Shown: positions 29,728-39,408 of the stretch, piece after piece
How the letters are laid out: every line of letters begins with the position of its first letter
Numbering within the stretch: the first letter of the stretch is position 1
Assembly (NCBI GenBank): GCA_021775875.1
Contig: JAJFHA010000011.1
Location: forward strand, 74,178 to 138,177
Origin: Hyphomicrobiales bacterium
GTDB taxonomy: Bacteria > Pseudomonadota > Alphaproteobacteria > Rhizobiales > NORP267
Direction: 5' to 3'
Length of the DNA: 64,000 bases
The notes under the pieces: model-generated
Databases searched by the model: none
The model's input: only the letters and a program-made list of their open reading frames with translations
Told to the model about the DNA's origin: nothing
Made by a program: the position numbers and the translations under genes

Positions 29728-31263
29728 ATGAGCAAAGAGTTTTATAACAGCACCAGCGATATGGTGGACCGCCACTTGGCCGAGGGCCGTGGTGGCAAGA
29801 TCGCGATCATCGATGATAAGGGTGAATACACCTACGAAGCGTTGGCCAAGCGGGTCAATCAGGGCGCCAATATGCTCGCCGACCTTGGCTATCAGCGCGA
29901 AGCCCGCGCTGCCATGATCATGCTCGATACGTTTGATTTCCCTTCTGTTTTCTGGGGCGCCATCAAAGCCGGAATTATACCGGTCCCGCTCAATACCCTC
30001 CTCACCACCGAACAATATAAATATATTCTCGAAGATTGCCGCGCCCGGATTTTATTCATATCCGCTGCCTTGCTTCCGCAAGTTGAGCCAATTCTCGATT
30101 CTTTGCCGTTCCTGCAACATGTCGTAATATCTGATGGCGATGCCGGGCCACATGAAGACCTGACAGCGTTGCTGGACGCAGCTGAGGATACCTTTGAAGC
30201 CGTCGATACAACCAGAGATGAAGTTGCATTCTGGCTGTTTTCATCAGGCTCCACCGGCATGCCAAAAGGTGTGTTGCATCGCCATTCTTCACCGCGCGCA
30301 ATTTACGATAGTTACGGCAAGCAGATATTAGGTATCCGCGAAGATGATGTGGTGTTCTCGGCGGCCAAGCTGTTTTTTGCCTACGGCTTGGGGAACGGGT
30401 CCATGTTCCCTCTGGGTGCCGGTGCAACTGCGGTTTTGATGGCTGAACGGCCCACGCCGGAATCCTGCATGCGCACCATGAGGCGCACCAACCCGACAAT
30501 TTTTCACGGCGTGCCAACTTTGTATGTGGCGATGCTGGCCGACGAGAATTGCGTCCCCGAAAACGGATCTTCGAATTTGCGAATTTGCGCGTCAGCTGGC
30601 GAAGCGCTCCCGGAGAATATCGGAAATCGTTTTGAAAAACTCTTTGGGGTTGAAATTCTGGATGGCGTCGGCTCAACCGAATTCCTGCATATGTTTTTGT
30701 CGAACCGCCCTGGCGAAGTTCGCTATGGCACGTCCGGTGTTGCAAATCCGGGTTACAAAATTCGTTTGGTCGATGAAGAGGGCAACGACGTGACGAAAGG
30801 AGATATCGGGGAGATGATCGTCGATGGACCTTCTGCCGGCAATGAATATTGGAACCAGCGTGAAAAGACCATCAACACATTTCAGGGACGCTGGACCTGG
30901 ACCGGCGATAAATATTATCAGGACGATGACGGGATTTACCATATATGCGGTCGCTCCGATGACATGTTCAAGGTATCGGGCATCTGGGTGTCGCCGTTTG
31001 AAGTTGAAGGTGCGCTAATCAGCCATGATGCGGTGGTGGAAGCGGCCGTCATCCCATTTGAAGATGACGATACCCTGATCAAGCCCAAGGCATTTTTAAT
31101 TCTGGCAGATGGCGTTACGCTCGACGATGCGCTGCGCGAAGACTTGAAGGCCCACGTTAAAGCGTTGGCGGGGGCGTGGAAATATCCGCGCTGGATTGAT
31201 CAGGTTGAAGAATTGCCAAAAACAGCGACCGGAAAAATCCAGCGCTTCATGTTGCGCGACTGA
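29728..31263 (+). CDS. bclA: Benzoate--CoA ligase
   Basis: 511 aa with AMP-binding motif FSSGSTGMPKGV. The N-terminal region and length are typical of benzoate-CoA ligases. Sits between the transporter and the box genes. Confidence 0.85.
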   Translation: MSKEFYNSTSDMVDRHLAEGRGGKIAIIDDKGEYTYEALAKRVNQGANMLADLGYQREARAAMIMLDTFDFPSVFWGAIKAGIIPVPLNTLLTTEQYKYILEDCRARILFISAALLPQVEPILDSLPFLQHVVISDGDAGPHEDLTALLDAAEDTFEAVDTTRDEVAFWLFSSGSTGMPKGVLHRHSSPRAIYDSYGKQILGIREDDVVFSAAKLFFAYGLGNGSMFPLGAGATAVLMAERPTPESCMRTMRRTNPTIFHGVPTLYVAMLADENCVPENGSSNLRICASAGEALPENIGNRFEKLFGVEILDGVGSTEFLHMFLSNRPGEVRYGTSGVANPGYKIRLVDEEGNDVTKGDIGEMIVDGPSAGNEYWNQREKTINTFQGRWTWTGDKYYQDDDGIYHICGRSDDMFKVSGIWVSPFEVEGALISHDAVVEAAVIPFEDDDTLIKPKAFLILADGVTLDDALREDLKAHVKALAGAWKYPRWIDQVEELPKTATGKIQRFMLRD

Positions 31264-31265
31264 GA

Positions 31266-32075
31266 GTGGCCTGGATGCGGGAATTGAACGGGCACATGGA
31301 CATCGCGCCGCGCAATGGTGGCGATCCGGAAAAGCTTGAATATTTGTGGCTGGGGCCGCCGCCGGATGAAGCGCCAACCCTTGTGCTTCTTCACGAGGGG
31401 CTGGGGAGCGTTACGAAATGGCAGGATTTCCCGGCCATATTGACCGAAGCCACCGGGCTTGGAACTCTGGTTTATTCCCGCAAGGGATATGGCAGTTCGG
31501 TCCATGTCGAACTACCTCGCCATTTGAATTATATGCACCTTGAGGCCGAAGAAATTCTCGGCGCTGTGCTGGATCATTGGAATATCAAAAGCTGTATTCT
31601 GGTCGGCCATAGCGATGGTGCTTCAATTGCAACTATTTATGCTGGTCAATTCGATGACCCGAGGATCAAGGGGCTGGTGCTCATCGCGCCGCATTTCTTC
31701 GTCGAGGAAGAATCTCTAGCCGCTATCAAAGTGGCGAAAGAGGCTTGGGAGACAACGGGTTTTCGCGAAAAGCTGAAGCGTTATCACGGCGACAACGTGG
31801 ATTGCGCCTTTTGGGGCTGGAACCGGGTTTGGCTGGAGAACGATTTCCGCGACTGGAATATCGAAGAATTTCTGCCAAAGTTGAAGGTGCCTGTGTTGAT
31901 CATCCAGGGACTTGATGACGCTTATGGCACGCCAAAACAATGGGAAGCGGCAGAGGACAAATGCGTGGTGCCGGTCACCGTCGCCGCTTTGCCGGATTGC
32001 CAGCATTTGCCGTTCAGGGAAAACCCGAAAATGACCCTTGAAGCATGCGTGAAATTTATCGCCGGCCTGGTTTAA
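31266..32075 (+). CDS. Alpha/beta hydrolase
   Basis: 269 aa with a GTG start 2 bp after bclA. LLHEGLGS oxyanion region and nucleophile elbow GHSDG. Alternative start at ATG 31275. Confidence 0.75.
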   Translation: MAWMRELNGHMDIAPRNGGDPEKLEYLWLGPPPDEAPTLVLLHEGLGSVTKWQDFPAILTEATGLGTLVYSRKGYGSSVHVELPRHLNYMHLEAEEILGAVLDHWNIKSCILVGHSDGASIATIYAGQFDDPRIKGLVLIAPHFFVEEESLAAIKVAKEAWETTGFREKLKRYHGDNVDCAFWGWNRVWLENDFRDWNIEEFLPKLKVPVLIIQGLDDAYGTPKQWEAAEDKCVVPVTVAALPDCQHLPFRENPKMTLEACVKFIAGLV

Positions 32076-32982
32076 AACCATCCTTGCTGAATTTTCGCAA
32101 TAACGCGAACGAATCTTCGATCGCAGTCTGACTGGTATCTATCGTGTAGTCGGCCTGGGAATAATAAAGCTCACGCTCGTTCAGGATCAGCCGCAATTCA
32201 TCCATCGCCAGATCGTTACCTGCCATTGGGCGCAAATCGCCTTGGTCTATAACCCGCTGCATATGTTCTTCAGGTGTCGCTTTGATCCATATTGTGAGAT
32301 AGCGACTGAGTAGGGTATCAAATGAGCCCCGCGATTGAACCAGGCTGCCGCCAGCCTCAATGACCGCAATGGAATGGCTTTCGTTGATCCGGTCCAGGGC
32401 CTGGCGCTCAATACGACGATATGTCTTCTGCCCCATAAGCTCGATGATTTCACCAACCGCCATTCCTGAAATATCTTCGATGATATCGGAGAGTTTTAAA
32501 AAACTGACACCGTGAAGCTCAGCAAGTTTTGTTCCAAGAGTAGATTTGCCCGCGCCGCGCAGACCAATCAATGCGACGCCGCGATTTCGCTTCTCGGTTG
32601 GCTTTTTCTGGCGCAATAAGGTGCGGTAGGTGTTGGCCTGTTCGTGCTGGTCCATCCGGCTGATAAGGCCGGCAAGGGGAGGGCTGATCTCCGGGTCCTC
32701 TTTAGTTGCAGGGATAAATGTCTGCAACGGTTCGCCCAGTACATCGGCAATGCGCAGCAGCAGCCCTAACGTGACATTGGCCCGTCCGCGCTCAACTTCG
32801 CCAAGGTAGCGTTCAGAAATATTGGTTTTGGTACCCAAACGCCTGCGCGTCATTCCGTGCCGGGTGCGCAGCAATCGCACATTGCGCCCAACCGTGAGCA
32901 TGAGCATCAGCTCATCGTCACTCCTGCCGTCACGGTTTGATTTTCCGCTGGTCTTTGCGAGACTTTCGTCAATTTTGTTCAT
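32056..32982 (-). CDS. boxR: BoxR/BzdR-type regulator (XRE HTH + shikimate-kinase-like domain)
   Basis: 308 aa. The N-terminal HTH reads LGTKTNISERYLGEVERGRANVTLGLLLRIADVL. The C-terminal P-loop is IGLRGAGKSTLGTKLAE. Divergent from boxC. Confidence 0.85.
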   Translation of the reverse strand: MNKIDESLAKTSGKSNRDGRSDDELMLMLTVGRNVRLLRTRHGMTRRRLGTKTNISERYLGEVERGRANVTLGLLLRIADVLGEPLQTFIPATKEDPEISPPLAGLISRMDQHEQANTYRTLLRQKKPTEKRNRGVALIGLRGAGKSTLGTKLAELHGVSFLKLSDIIEDISGMAVGEIIELMGQKTYRRIERQALDRINESHSIAVIEAGGSLVQSRGSFDTLLSRYLTIWIKATPEEHMQRVIDQGDLRPMAGNDLAMDELRLILNERELYYSQADYTIDTSQTAIEDSFALLRKFSKDGFKPGRR

Positions 32983-33057
32983 ATTTCGGTGCCCACAGTC
33001 TAGAATGCTTGCAGCTTATAGACGGTATTTTCTAAAATAGGAAGTATAAATCATACA

Positions 33058-33086
33058 TTGATTGTGAAATTGGTTTATCTGTAATA
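33058..33086 (+). promoter_or_regulatory. Candidate sigma70-type promoter for boxCBA
   Basis: TTGATT (33058-63), a 17-nt spacer, then GTAATA (33081-86), in the AT-rich boxR-boxC gap about 50 nt before boxC ATG 33140. Hexamer match only. Confidence 0.3.
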
Positions 33087-33139
33087 TTTATTTTTTGGGC
33101 AATCCGCTGAAATGGTGGGTTTTTATAGAGAAGGGGAAG

Positions 33140-34795
33140 ATGGTGCGGATCGATTTTCAAACATCGCCGGAATTATATAACCACTGGAAACTCGATTTCG
33201 ACGGTCCTGTTGCAACCGTCACCATGGATGTCGATCCGGAATCCGGGTTGGTTCCTGGTTACGAATTGAAGTTGAACTCTTATGATCTTGGCGTCGATAT
33301 TGAACTTTATGACGCGGTCATGCGGCTCAAATTCGAGCATCCTGAAGTGAAAGTTGTTTTGCTTCGTTCTGGTAAAGACAAGGTATTTTGCGCGGGCGCC
33401 AATATCCGAATGCTCAGCCAGTCGAGCCATAATCATAAGGTGAATTTTTGTAAATTCACGAATGAAACCCGGAACACAATTGAAGTCGCCCAAGATGATT
33501 CCGACCAGACCTGGGTTTGTGTGGTCAATGGCACTGCAGCTGGCGGCGGCTACGAGTTGGCTTTAGCGACTGACTATATTGTTCTAATCGATGATAACGC
33601 TTCGTCTGTCTCCCTCCCTGAAGTGCCGCTACTGGCAGTGTTGCCAGGCACTGGCGGCCTTACCCGCGTTACAGACAAGCGCAAAGTGCGCCGTGACCGG
33701 GCGGATATTTTCTGCACCCTCGAAGAAGGCATTCGCGGATCGCGTGCCGTTGATTGGCGTCTGGTTGATGAAACCGTGAAAGGCTCTGCTCTTGAAGAAC
33801 GGCTTGGCGAATTGACCGCAGAATTTGCTGGCAAATCGAACCGGCCTGATAACGCCGCTGGCGTCAAGCTGCCACCTCTGGATCGCGAATTTACTGATGA
33901 CGGTGTACGCTATTCCACCCTCGAAGTTGAAGTGAGTAAGGAAACTGGTGTTGCGACACTGACCGTCAAGGGCCCGACGCAGGACGCCCCTGCGGATGGT
34001 GATGCGGCTGCAGCCGAAGGCGCAGAATTCTGGCCGCTGCGGTTATGTCGTGAACTCGATGACGCTATTTTGCATCTTCGCGCCAACGAACTGACTGCTG
34101 GAATTTGGAGTCTCAAAACAGAAGGCGACCCGGCCAGGGTCCTGGCCTATGACGCTTTGCTTGAAAAGGGCCAGGAAAATTGGTTCCTGCATGAAGTATT
34201 CAGCTATTGGAAACGCACCGTGAAGCGGCTTGATGTTACGTCGCGGACATTGATCGCACTTGCGGAGCCCGGATCATGTTTCGCCGGATTTCTGGCCGAA
34301 ATCATGTTTGCTGCCGACCGCAGCTTCATGTTTGAAGGCACCGAAGAAGGCGACAACCGCCATGAAGCCGAACTAACATTATCAGCGGCCAACTTCGGTC
34401 CGTTGCCAATGGCTAACGGTTTGTCCCGCCTTGAAACCAGGTTCCTCGGTGAGATGGAATCTTTCGAGAGTGCCAAAGCAGCAACCTCCCAGACACTAAG
34501 CGCCGTTCGCGCCGCTGAACTGGGTTTGGTGACTGATGCCTTTGACGATATTGATTGGGACGACGAAGTGAGGATCATGCTCGAAGAGCGGATCAGTTTT
34601 TCTCCCGACGGTCTGACGGGAATGGAAGCCAATCTTCGTTTTCCTGGTCCTGAAACCATGGAGACAAAAATCTTTGGCCGTCTCACAGCATGGCAGAACT
34701 GGATTTTCCAGCGGCCAAATGCTGTTGGTGAAGATGGAGCATTGTTGAAATACGGCACTGGCGTGCGCGCGTCATATGACAAGAAAAGGGTTTGA
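33140..34795 (+). CDS. boxC: 2,3-epoxybenzoyl-CoA dihydrolase (benzoyl-CoA-dihydrodiol lyase)
   Basis: 551 aa from ATG 33140 (RBS aagggga). Crotonase-fold N-half (KVFCAGANIRML, GTAAGGGYELALATD). Length and position before boxB fit BoxC. Confidence 0.85.
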   Translation: MVRIDFQTSPELYNHWKLDFDGPVATVTMDVDPESGLVPGYELKLNSYDLGVDIELYDAVMRLKFEHPEVKVVLLRSGKDKVFCAGANIRMLSQSSHNHKVNFCKFTNETRNTIEVAQDDSDQTWVCVVNGTAAGGGYELALATDYIVLIDDNASSVSLPEVPLLAVLPGTGGLTRVTDKRKVRRDRADIFCTLEEGIRGSRAVDWRLVDETVKGSALEERLGELTAEFAGKSNRPDNAAGVKLPPLDREFTDDGVRYSTLEVEVSKETGVATLTVKGPTQDAPADGDAAAAEGAEFWPLRLCRELDDAILHLRANELTAGIWSLKTEGDPARVLAYDALLEKGQENWFLHEVFSYWKRTVKRLDVTSRTLIALAEPGSCFAGFLAEIMFAADRSFMFEGTEEGDNRHEAELTLSAANFGPLPMANGLSRLETRFLGEMESFESAKAATSQTLSAVRAAELGLVTDAFDDIDWDDEVRIMLEERISFSPDGLTGMEANLRFPGPETMETKIFGRLTAWQNWIFQRPNAVGEDGALLKYGTGVRASYDKKRV

Positions 34796-34797
34796 CG

Positions 34798-36243
34798 ATG
34801 AATATTGAAGTTAGTTACGACGACCTCATCCCGAATAACGTGGACCTGTCGGGCGACCCCAAGCTGAAGCGGGCGCTTGAGCAATGGCATCCCGGATACA
34901 TCGATTGGTGGAAAACCGCCGGACCTGATGGGTATCAGGAAGATGAAGTTTATCTGCGTACTGCTGTTAGCGTTGACCCCAAGGGCTGGGCAAAATTCGG
35001 TTACGTAAAAATGCCGGAATATCGGTGGGGCGTGCTGCTGTCTCCAGCCATTGAAGGGCGTACAATTCCCTTCGGCGAACATAAGGGCGAGCCAGCATGG
35101 CAGGAAGTGCCGGGCGAATACCGCTCACTCATGCGTCGCCTGATCGTTATTCAGGGCGATACGGAACCGGCATCCGTTGAGCAACAACGCGCACTCGGCG
35201 CGACCGCACCTTCGCTCTACGATCTGCGCAATCTGTTCCAGGTTAACGTGGAAGAGGGCCGTCATCTCTGGGCCATGGTCTACCTGTTGCAGAAATATTT
35301 CGGTCGTGATGGCCGCGAAGAAGCCGCCGCATTGCTGGAACGCCGCTCAGGTCATGATGACAATCCAAGAATGCTTGGTGCATTCAACGAGAAAACCCCG
35401 GATTGGCTGTCTTTCTTTATGTTCACGTTCTTCACCGACCGTGACGGCAAGATGCAACTGGATTCATTGGCACAATCCGGCTTCGATCCCTTGTCGCGCA
35501 CCTGCCGGTTCATGCTGACCGAAGAAGCGCATCATATGTTTGTTGGTGAAACCGGCGTTGGCCGCGTTATCCAGCGTACTTGTGAAGGGATGAAAGAAGC
35601 TGGTATCGATGATCCATACGATATTGAAGCTATCCGTAAACTCGGCCTGATCGACCTGCCGACCCTCCAGAAAAAGGCCTGGTTGCATTATTCCCTGAGC
35701 ATGGATTTGTTTGGTGCGGAAGTCTCGACCAATGCTGCCAACGCTTTCAATTCAGGCATCAAGGGGCGGTTCCAGGAAACCAAGATTGATGACGATCATC
35801 AATTGCTGAACGACACCTATCCTGTTCTGAAAAAGGTTGGCGACAAATTCGAATTTGTCGATACCCCAGCCCTTTCGGCGCTAAATGGCCGGTTGCGGGA
35901 TGATTATTCAGGTGATTGTGAAAAAGGTGTTGGCCGTTGGAACAAGATCATTGAAAAAGCCGGTGTGGATTTCAAATTGAAACTTTCCCATTCGGCGTTC
36001 AATCGCAAGATCGGGGAATTTTCTGAAATCGAAGCAACTCCGGATGGCGATATTCTGACTGCTGACGAATGGGAAGCCCGCAAGGATGAATTCCTGCCAA
36101 ATCCCAGCGACATGGATTACATCACTTCTTTGATGAAACCTGTTTATGGTATTGGTGAATATGCCAACTGGATCGCCGCTCCGAAGGTCGGCATCGACAA
36201 CAAGCCTGGCGATTTTGAATATGTTCGCCTTGATCAAAGCTAG
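34798..36243 (+). CDS. boxB: Benzoyl-CoA 2,3-epoxidase, diiron oxygenase subunit B
   Basis: About 481 aa with diiron ligand motifs NVEEGRHLWAM and LTEEAHHMF. ATG 34798 has an RBS (aaaaggg); TTG 34792 is also possible. Confidence 0.9.
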   Translation: MNIEVSYDDLIPNNVDLSGDPKLKRALEQWHPGYIDWWKTAGPDGYQEDEVYLRTAVSVDPKGWAKFGYVKMPEYRWGVLLSPAIEGRTIPFGEHKGEPAWQEVPGEYRSLMRRLIVIQGDTEPASVEQQRALGATAPSLYDLRNLFQVNVEEGRHLWAMVYLLQKYFGRDGREEAAALLERRSGHDDNPRMLGAFNEKTPDWLSFFMFTFFTDRDGKMQLDSLAQSGFDPLSRTCRFMLTEEAHHMFVGETGVGRVIQRTCEGMKEAGIDDPYDIEAIRKLGLIDLPTLQKKAWLHYSLSMDLFGAEVSTNAANAFNSGIKGRFQETKIDDDHQLLNDTYPVLKKVGDKFEFVDTPALSALNGRLRDDYSGDCEKGVGRWNKIIEKAGVDFKLKLSHSAFNRKIGEFSEIEATPDGDILTADEWEARKDEFLPNPSDMDYITSLMKPVYGIGEYANWIAAPKVGIDNKPGDFEYVRLDQS

Positions 36244-36262
36244 ATACTAAAACCCAGAGTTC

Positions 36263-36293
36263 GGCCGGGACCGGAGGGGATCCGGTTCCGGCC
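36263..36293 (+). other. Intercistronic GC-rich stem-loop between boxB and boxA
   Basis: GGCCGGGACCGG-aggggat-CCGGTTCCGGCC, a 12-bp stem with one G-U pair. No downstream T-tract. Confidence 0.6.
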
Positions 36294-36322
36294 TATACTT
36301 TGAAAATGCGGGAAAGACAAAA

Positions 36323-37534
36323 ATGAATTCACCGCTGCGTCAGCATCTGATTGACCCGGAAATGTGTATTCGGTGCGGGACCTGTGAAGAGACCTGCCCG
36401 ATTAGCGCTGTCTCTCACAACGACGATAATTACGTTGTTGATGCGAAAATCTGCGAACTCTGCATGAATTGTATTTTGCCGTGTCCCACAGGATCGATCG
36501 ATCATTGGCGGATCGTCAAGACGCCGTATTCTCTTGAGGAGCAGTTTTCATGGGACGAGTTGCCGGAGCAGGCGGAAACTTCGCCAGAAGATGAAGATGC
36601 GTTTGAAACCCTTGATGAAGATGTGGTTGCCTTGCTCAAGACGGCGCATTCTGCTGTTGATGGCGGTGCCAGAGCGCCTGATTCAGCCGCCACTCCATCG
36701 GTCAATCTCTATACAATAGCCAAGCCCGCAATCGCCAGGGTAGCCGGTAATTTGCCGATTACTGATGCGGGCGCTGAAAACGATATCCGCCATATTGTGC
36801 TCGATTTTGAGAATGCCGCTTTCCCGGTTCTTGAAGGGCAAAGCATCGGCATCATCCCGCCCGGCAAAGATGAACGCGGCAAACCGCATCGCTTGCGGCT
36901 ATATTCCATTTCCAGCCCCCGCGATGGCGAACGCCCGAATTTCAATAATCTTGCTCTGACAGTGAAACGACATATCACCGAAGTCGACGGCAAGATGCAT
37001 AACGGGGTGGCATCGAATTACCTTTGCGATCTGGAGCGCGGTGCCGAGGTCACGGTAACCGGTCCCTATGGCAGCACCTTCCTGATGCCGAATGATCCTG
37101 ACGCCAATATCATTATGATTTGCACTGGAACCGGATCAGCGCCATTCCGCGCCTTTACCGAACGCCGTCGCCGTTCCCAGCCAAATGCAGCGGGAAAAAT
37201 GATCATGTTCTTTGGCGCCCGGCGTCCTGAAGAATTACCTTATTTTGGGCCTCTCAAAAAAGTGCCAACCAAGGTGCTTGAACAGGAACTGGTATTTTCG
37301 CGGCTTGACGGGCAAGAAAAAGAATATGTCCAGGACCGGATGCGCCAGAAATCGGAAGAAATTCTGGAGCTGATCGAAAGTGACGCAACCTACATCTACA
37401 TTTGCGGCCTCAAGGAAATGGAAGCCGGCGTCGGCGAAGCGCTGAACGATATTTGTCGGCGTGGCGGAGACGATTGGGAAACGCGCCGCAAGGCAATGCT
37501 TGAATCGGGCCGATATCATGTCGAAACCTACTGA
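36323..37534 (+). CDS. boxA: Benzoyl-CoA 2,3-epoxidase, reductase subunit A (2x[4Fe-4S] + FNR-like)
   Basis: 403 aa with ferredoxin motifs CIRCGTCEETCP and CELCMNCILPCP. FNR module with RLYSISS and MICTGTGSAPFRAF. Confidence 0.9.
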   Translation: MNSPLRQHLIDPEMCIRCGTCEETCPISAVSHNDDNYVVDAKICELCMNCILPCPTGSIDHWRIVKTPYSLEEQFSWDELPEQAETSPEDEDAFETLDEDVVALLKTAHSAVDGGARAPDSAATPSVNLYTIAKPAIARVAGNLPITDAGAENDIRHIVLDFENAAFPVLEGQSIGIIPPGKDERGKPHRLRLYSISSPRDGERPNFNNLALTVKRHITEVDGKMHNGVASNYLCDLERGAEVTVTGPYGSTFLMPNDPDANIIMICTGTGSAPFRAFTERRRRSQPNAAGKMIMFFGARRPEELPYFGPLKKVPTKVLEQELVFSRLDGQEKEYVQDRMRQKSEEILELIESDATYIYICGLKEMEAGVGEALNDICRRGGDDWETRRKAMLESGRYHVETY

Positions 37535-37970
37535 CCGCGCACCTGATTTCATCGACAAACGTAAACTCAATTGGGGCGACACAGACTCAGCGCGGATGGC
37601 CTATACAGGCCGCTTTCTCGATTTTGTCGTCGAAGCGGTTGAACATTGGTTTGACGAATTTTTCGGACTTGATTGGTACGATCTCAATGAAAATATGGGG
37701 TTCGGCACACCGTTTCGTCATGTGGAACTGGAATTCCGGGACAAACTAACGCCGCGCGATATTGTTGAGACGGAGTTGCGGATTACCAGGGTCACCCGGA
37801 CAACAATCAGTTTTGATATTTTGTCCTATGGCAACTCAAAAACATTGGGGCGAAGGCTTTGTTTCACAGGAAAATGTACGATTGTATTTGTGAAATTCGA
37901 TACTGAAAAAAGTGCAGCAATCCCTAATGAGTTTCGCGAGAAGTTGAAAGCTGCAGGCTTTACAGATTGA
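37518..37970 (+). CDS. Hotdog-fold acyl-CoA thioesterase (4HBT-like)
   Basis: 150 aa from ATG 37518, overlapping the boxA stop by 17 bp. NWGDTDSARMAYTGRFLDF is typical of 4HBT-type thioesterases. Confidence 0.7.
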   Translation: MSKPTDRAPDFIDKRKLNWGDTDSARMAYTGRFLDFVVEAVEHWFDEFFGLDWYDLNENMGFGTPFRHVELEFRDKLTPRDIVETELRITRVTRTTISFDILSYGNSKTLGRRLCFTGKCTIVFVKFDTEKSAAIPNEFREKLKAAGFTD

Positions 37971-38084
37971 CCGTTTGTGCATTCTGCGCAGCGCGGCCTA
38001 GCAATAAATTCCATCCTTGATATGTTTCTAGTTCAGTTTTTGAACGAAAAAACAATAAAATCATAATTGATTTGGGAGGCAGTT

Positions 38085-39398
38085 TTGTCCGAGGAAAACA
38101 ACTCGTTTGATGTCGTCATAATTGGTGCCGGTATCATCGGCGCGGCGGTCGGGTTTGAACTATCAAAACGCGGCTATAAAACTCTCAATGTCGATAAAAA
38201 CCCCGCCTCCGGGTACGGCTCCACATCAAGTTCATGCGCTATTATCCGGGTGCATTATTCAACCATCCCCGGAACCGCTCTGGCCTATGAGAGCTATTAC
38301 GACTGGAAAAACTGGGCCGGATATCTGGACGCAGAAGATGAGCGTGGCATGGCGGCATTTCATGAGACCGGTTGCCTGGTCATGAAGACCAAACAGAACG
38401 GATATCTTGAAAATATTTGCGCTAATGTGGCAGCGCTCGATATTCCGTTCGAGCATTGGGACGCGGCCCAAATTGTTGAGGCGATACCTGCTTACGACAT
38501 GAAAAAATACTGGCCGCCAAAGCGCATGGAAGACGAAGGCTTTGCTGAACCAACCGGCGGCGAAGTTGATGGGGCGGTGATGTTTCCCAATGCGGGTTAC
38601 ATTTCTGACCCTCAACTGGCTACGCATAATTTGCAGCGCGCTGCTGAAGCAAAAGGCGGGACTTTTCTGTTCAACAAGTCCGTTGTCGCAATTCCGCAAT
38701 CGAACGGACGGGTATCAGGCGTCGAACTTGACGATGGCACCATGATCTCGGCTCCCGTCGTGGTCAATGTTGCGGGACCCCATTCCGCGATTATCAACGA
38801 AATGGCGGATGCGCTGGGGGATATGAATATCAAAACCAAAGCGCTGCGCCAGGAGGTGGTGCATGTACCGGCAGCGCCCGGCATGGATTTCGAAGACAAC
38901 GGGTTTGTGATTTCCGACAGCGACATCGCTTGTTATTGCCGCCCCGAATCCGGCAACCATATTCTTGTCGGCAGCGAAGACCCTGATTGCGACGGTCACA
39001 CTTTTGTAAATCCCGATGACTTCAACCGCGATTTTTCCGACCAATGGACCACCCAGGCCCATCGCATGGCTCAGCGCATCCCGAGCCTCGGTATCCCGAG
39101 CAAGATGCGCGGCGTCGTTGATCTCTATGATGTCAGTGACGACTGGATCCCGATCTATGACAAATCTTCGGTTGGCGGCTATTACATGGCAATTGGCAGC
39201 AGCGGCAACCAGTTCAAGAATGCTTCCCAAGCCGGTGCCATCATGGCCGAACTGATCGGTTATTGCGAAGGAGGCCGGGATCACGATACCGATCCGATGA
39301 CGTTCGAGTTGAAAAGAGTGCAGCACAACCTTGACGTATCAGCCTTTTCCAGGCTTCGCGAAATCAATCAGGACAGCAGTTTCTCGGTTCTGGGGTAG
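38085..39398 (+). CDS. FAD-dependent oxidoreductase (DAO / sarcosine-oxidase-beta-like)
   Basis: Dinucleotide-binding motif DVVIIGAGIIGAAVGFELSKRG. TTG 38085 lies 7 nt after GGGAGG; the listed ORF starts at TTG 38067. Confidence 0.75.
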   Translation: MSEENNSFDVVIIGAGIIGAAVGFELSKRGYKTLNVDKNPASGYGSTSSSCAIIRVHYSTIPGTALAYESYYDWKNWAGYLDAEDERGMAAFHETGCLVMKTKQNGYLENICANVAALDIPFEHWDAAQIVEAIPAYDMKKYWPPKRMEDEGFAEPTGGEVDGAVMFPNAGYISDPQLATHNLQRAAEAKGGTFLFNKSVVAIPQSNGRVSGVELDDGTMISAPVVVNVAGPHSAIINEMADALGDMNIKTKALRQEVVHVPAAPGMDFEDNGFVISDSDIACYCRPESGNHILVGSEDPDCDGHTFVNPDDFNRDFSDQWTTQAHRMAQRIPSLGIPSKMRGVVDLYDVSDDWIPIYDKSSVGGYYMAIGSSGNQFKNASQAGAIMAELIGYCEGGRDHDTDPMTFELKRVQHNLDVSAFSRLREINQDSSFSVLG

Positions 39399-39408
39399 TT
39401 CCGCAATG

